From NCBI GenBank assembly GCA_964545815.1, contig CAZJGR010000002.1, positions 1 through 60,759 of the forward strand: DNA of 60,759 bases. The letters run 5' to 3'. This DNA is from an uncultured Dehalococcoidaceae bacterium (GTDB lineage: Bacteria > Chloroflexota > Dehalococcoidia > Dehalococcoidales > RBG-16-60-22). A program made the position numbers and the translations under genes. The stretch's first letter is position 1, and the number at the start of each line of letters is the position of its first letter. Under the pieces are notes generated by a model, which worked only from the letters and a program-made list of their open reading frames with translations, made no database searches and was not told the origin of the DNA. This document shows, one piece after another, positions 23,278 to 32,218 of this stretch.

Positions 23278-23470
23278 AGGATGCAAGGGATGGTGTACCT
23301 TGCCCGCCGTCCCTCGTACCCCCCTTGGATTGGGGCGGCTCTGCGTGTCGGACGGGCCTGCACCGGAGGCCGCCCCTGGCTAACCCGTATGCGCAAGGCT
23401 GGTCCGAGCCCCACCCGCCCCTTCGTCTCTCTTTGGCCAGGGCCGGCCTTGCGCAGTGACAGAGGAAAGG

Positions 23471-24394
23471 ATGACAATACTCAAGCATGTCCCGTTAAAC
23501 AGTATGCAGGACCACCCCCTGAACGCTCATGCCGTTTCAGAGAAGGACCGAAAGAAGATTGCTAACAACATCCGGCGTACGGGGAAATATCCGCCCTTGA
23601 TTGTCAGAGAACTGACAGAGTTGTCCGAGTACTGGCCCGGCGCACCAGGACACTACCAGATACTGGACGGCCACCAGCGCCGTTTGATTTTTGAAGACCT
23701 GGTGGCTGAGGGCCTGACTCAGTTCGAGCAGGTGGCCGTTGACGACTGGTCACCCCTGACCGATGACGAGGCCCTGATCGCACTGGCTACCCTTAACACC
23801 TGGGGCGACAATATCCCACGTAGACGCGCCGAACTCCTCCATGCCATTCTCAAGACCGTTGAACTGCAAGAAGCCGCTAACGTCCTCCCCGAAGATGTCC
23901 ATGCCATCACCGATGCCGTTAAACTCCTCAAACAGCCCCTGGCCGATATACAACGCCTGATTGACGAAGCCCAACGCCCTGACGAGATAGCCATCAGTTT
24001 TGTACTGAGCGCATCCCAAAAATCGGCCCTGGCCAAGTTTACGGCGGCCATACAACTTTTTGCCTCCTACTACGGGGCAGACATGGTCAAGGTTGAAGTA
24101 AAGGAAGGCGGAGAACATGGCCGCGTGGTTGTCTTGACTTTTAACCTGGTCAATGCCGCTCACACGCTGGTGGAGGAGGCCATCCGGCGCGCCTCGGAAG
24201 AACTACCCCCAGGAGGTAAGAACCGGCGAGGACAGGCCCTGGAGGTCATAGCCGCACAGTACCTGGCTACCGCATTGAAATGGAAAGACCAGGTCGACAT
24301 AGAACCGGTAGAAACGGAACGCACCGCCCCACCTCCTGCCAGGCGCAAGCGAACCCGCAAACCGGTGCCTGAAATCGCCATCGCCGCATCCTGA
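23471..24394 (+). CDS. ParB-like nuclease-domain protein
   Basis: YQILDGHQRR (ParB/Srx DGHHR-type motif). Trimmed to ATG 23471 behind GAGG. Confidence 0.8.
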   Translation: MTILKHVPLNSMQDHPLNAHAVSEKDRKKIANNIRRTGKYPPLIVRELTELSEYWPGAPGHYQILDGHQRRLIFEDLVAEGLTQFEQVAVDDWSPLTDDEALIALATLNTWGDNIPRRRAELLHAILKTVELQEAANVLPEDVHAITDAVKLLKQPLADIQRLIDEAQRPDEIAISFVLSASQKSALAKFTAAIQLFASYYGADMVKVEVKEGGEHGRVVVLTFNLVNAAHTLVEEAIRRASEELPPGGKNRRGQALEVIAAQYLATALKWKDQVDIEPVETERTAPPPARRKRTRKPVPEIAIAAS

Positions 24395-24417
24395 ACTTAT
24401 CAAGGAAAGGCCAGAAC

Positions 24418-25455
24418 ATGACCTGGAAACCGTTCCTGGCCCTGCCCAATTATTTTGGAGGGAAACGCCGTCTGGCTCCTACCATATTCAAAGAGATAGC
24501 CGGCATTTACCCGGCCAGAACCTGGCCAGACCTGACCCTCCTGGACCCATTCGCGGGAGCTTGTAGCCTGGCTCTTTACGCCAAGGCCCAGGGGATGCGA
24601 GTTATCTGCGGCGATGCGGCCGAACGCTCTTATATCATTCAGCGGGCATTCATCGCTAATGATACCGAAACCTTAACAGAAGAAGACCAATCGCTGGTTT
24701 TTCAGAAGCGTAATGCGTATAACCACTTTGCCTGTAACGCCCTGGTGCCTAACCACTTCCCGGCCGCCTTCGCCGACTTTCTGGATCTGGCTATGGCTAA
24801 CCTGGCCGACCACTCATCGCTAACCAGACAGGCCCTCTTGAAAGTCGTTGTGTATAAGGCCATGCTGGGGCCGGTCATCCATCATGGCATTACCTGTCTA
24901 TCCAGGGCCGCCGATAGCGACAACCTGGAAAGCCTGACCTGGCATAATGCTAAACGCATCGAACCCTGGTGGCTAACCCCGCCTCCGTTGATTGTACGCC
25001 GTCTAGCCAGAGCTATAAACAAAGCCGTCTTTGCCAACGGCTACGATAACCTGGTCCACCAGACCGACGCCCTGAACCTGGTAAGCGAGTTTGCAGACCA
25101 GGCAGACATTTTGTACCTGGACCCGCCATACCCCGAGGTAACCGGGTACGAAACCTATTGGGTCATCGATTCGGTTCTGGCTGGCAAGCTGATCAGACAG
25201 GACATCTCGCCCTGGAGCAGTGCTTCACAATTTACTGCTCACCTGCACCAACTACTGGAGCAAGCCGAAACGGTCCCGCTCTGGCTAATCAGCTACGGTA
25301 ATGTGGGGACTACCCTGGCCTACTTGCTAGAGGTTGTCCGGTCTCATCGCCCGGGAGCTCGAGCTGTCACCGTTGCCTTTCCTCACTTACAGGCCCTGGC
25401 CCGCACCGATGTAAGCGACGCAAATAAGGAGTTTTTGATTATTGGTGCCAAATGA
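24418..25455 (+). CDS. N6-adenine DNA methyltransferase, Dam/D12-class-like (copy 1)
   Basis: NYFGGKRRL, DPFAGACS (motif I), LYLDPPYP (motif IV). Confidence 0.85.
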   Translation: MTWKPFLALPNYFGGKRRLAPTIFKEIAGIYPARTWPDLTLLDPFAGACSLALYAKAQGMRVICGDAAERSYIIQRAFIANDTETLTEEDQSLVFQKRNAYNHFACNALVPNHFPAAFADFLDLAMANLADHSSLTRQALLKVVVYKAMLGPVIHHGITCLSRAADSDNLESLTWHNAKRIEPWWLTPPPLIVRRLARAINKAVFANGYDNLVHQTDALNLVSEFADQADILYLDPPYPEVTGYETYWVIDSVLAGKLIRQDISPWSSASQFTAHLHQLLEQAETVPLWLISYGNVGTTLAYLLEVVRSHRPGARAVTVAFPHLQALARTDVSDANKEFLIIGAK

Positions 25456-25781
25456 ACCTGGAAACCCTGCCTTTCCAATTACTGAGCCTGGCAGCCGGCA
25501 TATCCGGCCTGTTGCTGGCCTGGAAGACCTGGTGGAAACAGGCTAGAGATACCTCCTTTGATGACCAGCAAAAGCTCATCGAAACCTATCGCGTCGAAAA
25601 TGACCGCCTCCGGGCTGACCTCGACCGCCTGGAGGATAAGCTGGTTATGGCCAACAAACGCATCCTCGAAGCCAGAAGTGCCGCTGCTGTCTGGCAACAA
25701 CGGCTAACCGAGGAGCGGAAAATATACGGAGAGCGCGTTGATACGCTCGAACAAACCCTAAAGGAAGAAAGGAGTAAGTAA
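25452..25781 (+). CDS. N-terminal TM + coiled-coil protein (109 aa; i-spanin-like architecture)
   Basis: LLSLAAGISGLLLAW, then heptad-rich RLRADLDRLEDKL. ATGA overlap with the upstream gene. Confidence 0.6.
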   Translation: MNLETLPFQLLSLAAGISGLLLAWKTWWKQARDTSFDDQQKLIETYRVENDRLRADLDRLEDKLVMANKRILEARSAAAVWQQRLTEERKIYGERVDTLEQTLKEERSK

Positions 25782-25784
25782 CAA

Positions 25785-26096
25785 ATGGACCTGAGTATTG
25801 GAGGCATCCCTATCATGGCCGTCATCGTAGGCCTGATTGAGTACCTCAAGAAAGACATTGGAGTGCCGGCCGCACTTTGCCCTGCCTTGAGCATGATCAT
25901 GGGGGTATGCGCAGGCATTGGAAACGAGTTCTTGAAGGCCTGGCCGGTTACCCCTGACTTGCCCGCGCTGATCACCGGCGCAATCGTTGGCCTGGCCCTG
26001 GGTATGGCTGCCACCGGACTTTACAAGGTGGCTATGAAGGTATCAGGTAACGGGAGCCGCCCTGCTTTACAAGGTGGCTATGAAGGTATCAGGTAA
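25785..26096 (+). CDS. holin-like small membrane protein
   Basis: 2-3 TM segments. GLALGMAATGLYKV. The 3' end lies in a 46-bp tandem duplication. Confidence 0.6.
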   Translation: MDLSIGGIPIMAVIVGLIEYLKKDIGVPAALCPALSMIMGVCAGIGNEFLKAWPVTPDLPALITGAIVGLALGMAATGLYKVAMKVSGNGSRPALQGGYEGIR

Positions 26097-26111
26097 CGGG
26101 AGCCGCCCTGC
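26020..26111. repeat. perfect 46-bp tandem duplication
   Basis: 26020-26065 is identical to 26066-26111 (TTTACAAGGTGGCTATGAAGGTATCAGGTAACGGGAGCCGCCCTGC). Confidence 0.95.
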
Positions 26112-26133
26112 CTGACGCAGGCAGGTAACCACT

Positions 26134-26781
26134 ATGGCACAATCCGACTCGGCTATACTAGCCACCCCTGCCAGCCCGAATGGGGTAACGACCCTCGGCC
26201 CGTCAAAGAGCAACGGTAACGGCAACCTGAAAGCTCCACCGCCGCAGGAGGTACACGGAGTCATTCTCTACCACTCCGACCCCGCCATCGATGACCGTAT
26301 AAGAGAGGTCCGGTCGCTGCGGGAGGAATACGGCTTTGACGTGTCCTATATCGCTCAGGCCGTTAGAGTGTCGCGCGCCCAGGCGTTTGCCTACCTGAAA
26401 CAAATCAGGCTGGCCCGCAAAGCGTATATGGCCGCGTTTCCCGAAGACTTTATCTCCGGCATGGAAGCGATGGTTACAGCCATCGAACAACGGCGGGAAA
26501 TGGACACCATGCTGCGGCGGGAACTTGGCAAGTCCTCCGGCGATAACAATCCGTCAAACCGAGTCGGATTGTACAAACTGATCATGAGAAACATGCGGGA
26601 GTTGGAGGAACTCTGCGGCCTTTTGGTTAACCGCATTGAGCACGGCGGGGAAATCGCTATAAATGACATGAAGACCGCCCTGGACCAGGCTCCCGCCCCA
26701 CTACGGGAGGCCTACCTTGACGCTCTCGCAGCTGTGGTTCATGCAACAGCACCAGCAGCTAACCAGGGACCAGGCAGTTGA
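26134..26781 (+). CDS. terS: putative terminase small subunit
   Basis: Position directly upstream of and overlapping TerL. HTH-like GFDVSYIAQAVRVSRAQAFAYLKQ plus a helical C-terminal half. Confidence 0.55.
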   Translation: MAQSDSAILATPASPNGVTTLGPSKSNGNGNLKAPPPQEVHGVILYHSDPAIDDRIREVRSLREEYGFDVSYIAQAVRVSRAQAFAYLKQIRLARKAYMAAFPEDFISGMEAMVTAIEQRREMDTMLRRELGKSSGDNNPSNRVGLYKLIMRNMRELEELCGLLVNRIEHGGEIAINDMKTALDQAPAPLREAYLDALAAVVHATAPAANQGPGS

Positions 26782-28474
26782 CCTGCTGGCTTATTACGGC
26801 CATTCGCGCCCGGTAAGCTTACTGGCCTGGGCCCTGACCTATCGCGCCCTGGACGGCCACCCCTTCACCCTGGATAAATACCCGTCCAGTGTAGCACTTT
26901 ACAAAGACGAAGCCCCCTTTATCGTCGTAGAGAAACCTAACCAGGTAGGAATTTCAGAGTGGCTTATCAATACCGCCCTCCATGCGCTGGATATGGGGGC
27001 GGGCTATTTCGGGATTGAACACCTGAAAAAAAGCCTGAACGTAGGCTACATTTTTCCTACCTGGATAGCCCTGCGGGATTTTTCCAAAGACCGCGTCCGA
27101 AGAATCGCTCTGGAAACCGGGTATCTGTCCGCCCTCTTGGCGCCGGTGCGAAAGGCCGGCTCCCTGCGACGGGAAAGCGACCTGGGGCTGTACTTCATAC
27201 GAGCAAGCGCACTTTACCTGCGAGGCGCGCACCGGCCCGATGAACAATTGGCCTCCTTTCCCGTAGACATCCTCCTGGTGGACGAGTACGACCTGATCAC
27301 TCTGCGGGCCATCGCCCTGGCCGAGAAGAGGTTGAGGGCCTCCCCCCTCCGGCTGAAACGATACATCTCCAAGCCGACCTTGCCTAATATGGGGGTTGAT
27401 AAACTCTACCAGGAGAGCGACCAGCACCAATGGGAAATCCGGTGTCCCACCTGCGGGGACTGGCAACCGCCCGATTTTTGGGACAACGTGTTCCTGGTGG
27501 ATAGGGGGAAAAAGCTACCTTATGCAGAGTGGTCGAAACGGGACCGCAACGACCTCCTGCAAAGCTGTTTTGAGTTTGCCTGCCGCCGTTGCCAGACGCC
27601 CCTGCACCATATCAGTCCTGGCCGCTGGCAACCCCAAAACCAGGGAGCGCCGATCAGGGGCTATCGTATCCCTGGCCTGGTCAGCCCTTACGTTCCTTTA
27701 ATAGAGATAGTTAAGGGCAGCCTGGCCGAGGAGCCGGACATCCTCCTGGAATGGTACAGAGCTGACCTGGGCCTGCCCAAAGCCCCGGAGGGCGGGCAGC
27801 TAAAGTGGGACGATCTCCAGGCTTGCCAATCCGCCGACTGCCACCTGCAGCAGAGAGCCCACCGTTGCACCATGGGTGTAGACATCGGAGTCAATCTCCA
27901 TGTCCGCGTGAGTTCGTACCAAAAGGGAACCTGGCAAACCGTCTGGATAGGAGAGGTAGACGAGTTCGAGCAGCTAGACGAACTCATGACCCGCTATGAA
28001 GTCCGGGCCGCGGTCATCGATGCCCTACCCGAAACCCGGTCGAGTAGAAATTTTTGCCTGCGCTGGCCGGGACGAGCCTGGATGGCCTACTACTCTGACA
28101 CCCAAAAAGAGGTCTATGTCTGGAAAGACCCGCCAGAGGGAGAACGACACAGAGAGGCGGGCAAGGTGCTAATCACCCGCACCGAGGCGATGGACCGCGT
28201 GGCCGCCAACCACCGGGAGGGGAAGGACGTCCTCCCGCTTGAGGCCCATGCCGTCCCAGGGTTTTTCAGACACCTGTGCGCGCCGGTGCGCGTAATGACC
28301 ACCAGAACCAAAACGGATGGAACCCACTACAGTGTAGCCGTCTACCTGGAGAGCGGACCGGACCACTACTATCATGCCAGCGTTTACGAGCTGGCGGCCA
28401 GGGAGCGACTCAAGCCGGCATTGCTGAACCTGACGGCCGGCATAACCACTGAGCAATCCGCCTTTGAGGTCTGA
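26717..28474 (+). CDS. terL: terminase large subunit (lambda GpA-like)
   Basis: EKPNQVGISE (Walker A-like), ILLVDEYD (Walker B), CPTCG...CRRCQ Zn-finger as in the GpA family. TTG 26717 behind GGGAGG (alternative ATG 26741). Confidence 0.8.
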   Translation: MTLSQLWFMQQHQQLTRDQAVDLLAYYGHSRPVSLLAWALTYRALDGHPFTLDKYPSSVALYKDEAPFIVVEKPNQVGISEWLINTALHALDMGAGYFGIEHLKKSLNVGYIFPTWIALRDFSKDRVRRIALETGYLSALLAPVRKAGSLRRESDLGLYFIRASALYLRGAHRPDEQLASFPVDILLVDEYDLITLRAIALAEKRLRASPLRLKRYISKPTLPNMGVDKLYQESDQHQWEIRCPTCGDWQPPDFWDNVFLVDRGKKLPYAEWSKRDRNDLLQSCFEFACRRCQTPLHHISPGRWQPQNQGAPIRGYRIPGLVSPYVPLIEIVKGSLAEEPDILLEWYRADLGLPKAPEGGQLKWDDLQACQSADCHLQQRAHRCTMGVDIGVNLHVRVSSYQKGTWQTVWIGEVDEFEQLDELMTRYEVRAAVIDALPETRSSRNFCLRWPGRAWMAYYSDTQKEVYVWKDPPEGERHREAGKVLITRTEAMDRVAANHREGKDVLPLEAHAVPGFFRHLCAPVRVMTTRTKTDGTHYSVAVYLESGPDHYYHASVYELAARERLKPALLNLTAGITTEQSAFEV

Positions 28475-28497
28475 GCTTTGTAGGAGAAGCCCAGAGT

Positions 28498-29556
28498 ATG
28501 ACCTGGAAACCTTTTTCAGCCCTGCCTAACTACTATGGTGGGAAGCGCCGCCTGGTCCCTGTTATATTTCGGGAAATCGCCAGAATCTACCCGCCCCGAA
28601 CCTGGCCGGGCCTGACCCTTCTGGACCCCTTCATGGGCGCGGGCAGTGTTAGTCTGTACGCCAAAGCCCAGGGATTCAATGTCCTGGCCAATGACTACGC
28701 CTGGCGCTGCTACCAAATCGGACAGGGCATCATCGAGAACAATGGCCGTACCCTGACTGACGAAGACCTGAGTTTGCTTTTACGGGAGGCAGGAGGTTAT
28801 GACCACTTTGTGGAAAACCACTATGTGCCTCACACCTTCTCTCCCAGGCTGGCGCGTGAACTGGACCTCGCCCTGGCCAATATCAGACAGGAAGAGAGAG
28901 AGGAACACCACGACGCGCTTTTGTATGCTACCCTGATTCGATTGATGCTGATCAACCGCATCGGCGGCCAGATGACTAACCGGGCCTGGATGACCAATAT
29001 CTCCACCGGCAACTTTGATGCCCTGACGCCGGGCCAGACCTCGACTCGCGGAGGATGGACTCAATCCCTGGCCCAACGCTTGCGCACCTTGCAGACCTAT
29101 ATTAACCGGGCGATCTTCGCCGGCCGCGCCCAAGTTTTCCAGGAGGACGCTTTCGCCTGGCTCCCTGAACAGCAGGGGGACATCGTTTACCTGGACCCGC
29201 CTTACAGCGGCTCGACCGCGTATGAAAGCACCTACTACCACCTGGATTGCATCCTGGCCGGTCGTAAATTGCCCTATTCAGGCCCCAGCCCGTTTAATAG
29301 ACCGGCCACGGCCTGGAACAGCCTGTGCGCCATGTTTGCCGTCGTCGAGCACATCCCTACCTGGATATTTTCATTCGCCGACCAGGTAGGAGCGTTCACG
29401 GCTCAACAGTTATGCGATCTTATTGCCCAATTCGGGCGCAAACCCCGAGTTGTGCCTTTACGCCATCAGTGGTCCATGAACATGGCCGGTGACCATTACG
29501 ACACCGGAGCCAAAGAACTTCTGATCATCGCTCCTGCCTGCCTACCTAATAGGTAG
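28498..29556 (+). CDS. N6-adenine DNA methyltransferase, Dam/D12-class-like (copy 2, paralog of 24418..25455)
   Basis: NYYGGKRRL, DPFMGAGS, VYLDPPYS. The first ~60 residues are near-identical to copy 1. The C-terminal PACLPNR-stop is encoded by a palindromic element. Confidence 0.85.
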   Translation: MTWKPFSALPNYYGGKRRLVPVIFREIARIYPPRTWPGLTLLDPFMGAGSVSLYAKAQGFNVLANDYAWRCYQIGQGIIENNGRTLTDEDLSLLLREAGGYDHFVENHYVPHTFSPRLARELDLALANIRQEEREEHHDALLYATLIRLMLINRIGGQMTNRAWMTNISTGNFDALTPGQTSTRGGWTQSLAQRLRTLQTYINRAIFAGRAQVFQEDAFAWLPEQQGDIVYLDPPYSGSTAYESTYYHLDCILAGRKLPYSGPSPFNRPATAWNSLCAMFAVVEHIPTWIFSFADQVGAFTAQQLCDLIAQFGRKPRVVPLRHQWSMNMAGDHYDTGAKELLIIAPACLPNR

Positions 29557-29572
29557 GCCTGCGACAGGCAGG
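29533..29572. repeat. 40-bp composite palindrome CCTGCCTGCCTACCTAATAGGTAGGCCTGCGACAGGCAGG
   Basis: Identical to 48138-48177. Confidence 0.95.
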
Positions 29573-29582
29573 TAAGGAAGCT

Positions 29583-31733
29583 ATGGCCGAAGAAGACAAA
29601 AAAATCCTTCAAGAATTTGGGGTATCTCAGGCCGCAATCTGGGCGCTCAGCGGTGAGGAGATTGAAACCGAAGCCGCCCTGCAGGGGACTCAGGGCATCG
29701 CTACCTGGGATGAAATGCGCCGCACAGACCACAACGCAGCCGCTATCATCGCCGGCCTGACCCTGCCCATCCGCCGCGCCTCCTGGACCGTAGAACCAAC
29801 CAGCGAAGAAGATATTGACCAGGAAGCCGCCGAGTTCCTGGAACAGGCTATGGAGGATATGTCTGTCTCCTGGAGCTCAATGATCGTTGATGCCCTGACT
29901 TTTTTCCCGTTTGGTTGGGCCTTCCTGGAACAGGTCATGAAGCGCCGGGACGGCCCAAACCCTGCCGGAAAAGACGCCGCGGCCAGCAAGTACAGCGACG
30001 GCCGCATTGGCTGGCGCAAGATCACCCTCCGGCCGCAGACGTCGCTCGCCTATTGGGTGATAGATGAAAGCGGTGGCATCCAGGGCCTGGCCCAAACCGT
30101 ACCCAAACAGCAAGAGCCGGTCCGCATTCCAATTCAACGCGCCCTGCTGTTCAGAACTACCACTGAGGGCAATTACCCCGAAGGGGTATCCATCTTCAGG
30201 CCCTCCTGGCGACCCTGGCTGCACAGGAAACGCCTGGAGATGGTGGAGGGCATGGCCCTCACCCGCAACCTGGCGGGAATCCTGAAGGTCACCCTCGGGC
30301 CTGGAGCTTCGACCATTCAGGACTCGGGGCAGGAGTCTGACGAGGGCAAAGCCCGGCAGCTAATCAAGGATGCTTATAATGACCGCCTGGTGGGTGCCGT
30401 GGAAACGGAAGCGGTCAAGATCGGTATCCTGGAGGGGCCGAAAGGCACTGACTTTGACGCCCTGACGGCGGCCATCACCCGCAAAGATCACGAGATGGCC
30501 CGCGCCACCCTGGCCCATTTCATTGTCCTGGCCCTCCAGGAACGAGGCAGCTACAGCCTGGCCAAAGACGAATCGGACCTGTTCCTGATGGCCGTCATGG
30601 CCTACCTGGATGCCATGACCGATGTCATCCAGCGATTCGCGGTCGACCGCCTCTTCAGATTAAATATCTTCCCTGGCCTGACTGCGATCCCACAAATACG
30701 GGCCTCGGCCGTCTACAAGCCTGACATCGGAGCAGTGGCCACGGCGGTTAACGATCTGGCCCAGGCCCAAGTCCTGACCATAGACGATAGCCTGGAAGCC
30801 TATATTCGGAGCGTGGCCGGTTTCCCTGAACTGCCGGTGGACATGACCCGCGCCGAACAGGCCAAGAAGAAAGAAGCGATACCAACGAGAAAAACCCCCT
30901 CTTGGGGTGAAGAAGATATAACCGAAAGCATACCCGATGAAGACCTGGAAACCGTCCTGGAGAGCATGGCCAATTACCTGCCTCGCCGTCAGGCAGGTGA
31001 CCCGCTGGCCGGACCGCCACCCAGACTCGGCAAGAAAGCCCGAACCTATAGAGACTCTACCAAACAGTATGAAGCTGACCTGCAGCAAATTTATCGGGAG
31101 TGGGCAGCCGAAGCCGGAGATCTCGACGTCGGCCCCGATACCACCGAGGTCGACCTGGGCGACAAACTGGACGATTACCTGGGAGTCGGCCTTCTCCTCC
31201 TGATGGAGAAAGGCTATCAAGACCTCCTGGCCGCCTACCTGTTAGGCTTTGGCGCCCCCTCGATCGGACCGGAGGGCCTGAAGCTGATCGAGAGCGCTCA
31301 GCAAAAAAATGATACCTACCTGGCCGGGTCTTTGTTTAAGGACATCCGGGGCAAGCTGGACGGCGAGATAGCGGCTATTCTACTACTGCTGAAACAGGGC
31401 CGTGAAGACGACGCTTTCCAGTTAATAGAACGGACCATCCTGACACTGGACTACCGCCTACCGTACTACGGGGGCACTTATTGGGAAATGATCCATGAGG
31501 GCATCGGGATGCGCATCACCGAACGCGGCACAGTTATCGGCCCTCCCGTCCTGCGTTATCTGGACCCCCTGGCCAGACACTGCACCACCTGCCCGCCCAA
31601 GGCCAAACAATACCCATCCTGGGAGGCCATGGTCGCCGAGGCCGGAATTCCGGGCGATGGCTCGGACGAATGTGACGGAAACTGCCGCTGTGGATTCATG
31701 ATCCTATCCCAAGGAGCCTGGATATGGCCTTGA
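29583..31733 (+). CDS. portal protein with C-terminal Cys-rich (MuF/SPP1 gp7-like?) extension
   Basis: Size and position after TerL. C-terminal HCTTCPP...DECDGNCRCGF. Confidence 0.65.
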   Translation: MAEEDKKILQEFGVSQAAIWALSGEEIETEAALQGTQGIATWDEMRRTDHNAAAIIAGLTLPIRRASWTVEPTSEEDIDQEAAEFLEQAMEDMSVSWSSMIVDALTFFPFGWAFLEQVMKRRDGPNPAGKDAAASKYSDGRIGWRKITLRPQTSLAYWVIDESGGIQGLAQTVPKQQEPVRIPIQRALLFRTTTEGNYPEGVSIFRPSWRPWLHRKRLEMVEGMALTRNLAGILKVTLGPGASTIQDSGQESDEGKARQLIKDAYNDRLVGAVETEAVKIGILEGPKGTDFDALTAAITRKDHEMARATLAHFIVLALQERGSYSLAKDESDLFLMAVMAYLDAMTDVIQRFAVDRLFRLNIFPGLTAIPQIRASAVYKPDIGAVATAVNDLAQAQVLTIDDSLEAYIRSVAGFPELPVDMTRAEQAKKKEAIPTRKTPSWGEEDITESIPDEDLETVLESMANYLPRRQAGDPLAGPPPRLGKKARTYRDSTKQYEADLQQIYREWAAEAGDLDVGPDTTEVDLGDKLDDYLGVGLLLLMEKGYQDLLAAYLLGFGAPSIGPEGLKLIESAQQKNDTYLAGSLFKDIRGKLDGEIAAILLLLKQGREDDAFQLIERTILTLDYRLPYYGGTYWEMIHEGIGMRITERGTVIGPPVLRYLDPLARHCTTCPPKAKQYPSWEAMVAEAGIPGDGSDECDGNCRCGFMILSQGAWIWP

Positions 31734-32194
31734 GAGTTACAACCGGCATACCGCCGATATTCATCGTCACTTCACAGCTCAAGGATTATGCTTGCAGGGA
31801 TGACAGGGGAAGCCTTTACCCCATTTTGCCCACCACGACCAGAGAGGAGTTGTATTGTACCAAATGCCAGTATTATCAGAACGGCATGAGGCAGGCCGGC
31901 TGCCTATTTGTGCCCTCGTGGGAAGAGCCGTCTATGGCCGCCCGCCGCAAACGGAGGCAGTCCGAGACCGCTGAAAAGCGACGGGCCGCCTTGCGTTCTG
32001 CCGGCCGCAATGCCGGAGGCGGGCAGCTTAAGCGGACCTGCTGGAATTGCGTAGAGATACGGCACGCCACAAATGGCGGCTACACCTGTCCATTTTTGCC
32101 GGCGCCGTGTACGCGCTCGGCGGGTTCGATGCAGCAACACCAGGGCTGCGAAATGTTTGCCTGGCGGACCGAAGAAATTCTGCCCTTGTCCTAA
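31724..32194 (+). CDS. Cys-rich hypothetical protein (156 aa)
   Basis: ATG overlaps the portal stop. CTKCQ...CWNC...C motifs and a basic central stretch. Confidence 0.55.
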   Translation: MALRVTTGIPPIFIVTSQLKDYACRDDRGSLYPILPTTTREELYCTKCQYYQNGMRQAGCLFVPSWEEPSMAARRKRRQSETAEKRRAALRSAGRNAGGGQLKRTCWNCVEIRHATNGGYTCPFLPAPCTRSAGSMQQHQGCEMFAWRTEEILPLS

Positions 32195-32218
32195 TAAGTC
32201 CAGAAGGGAGGATAAACT

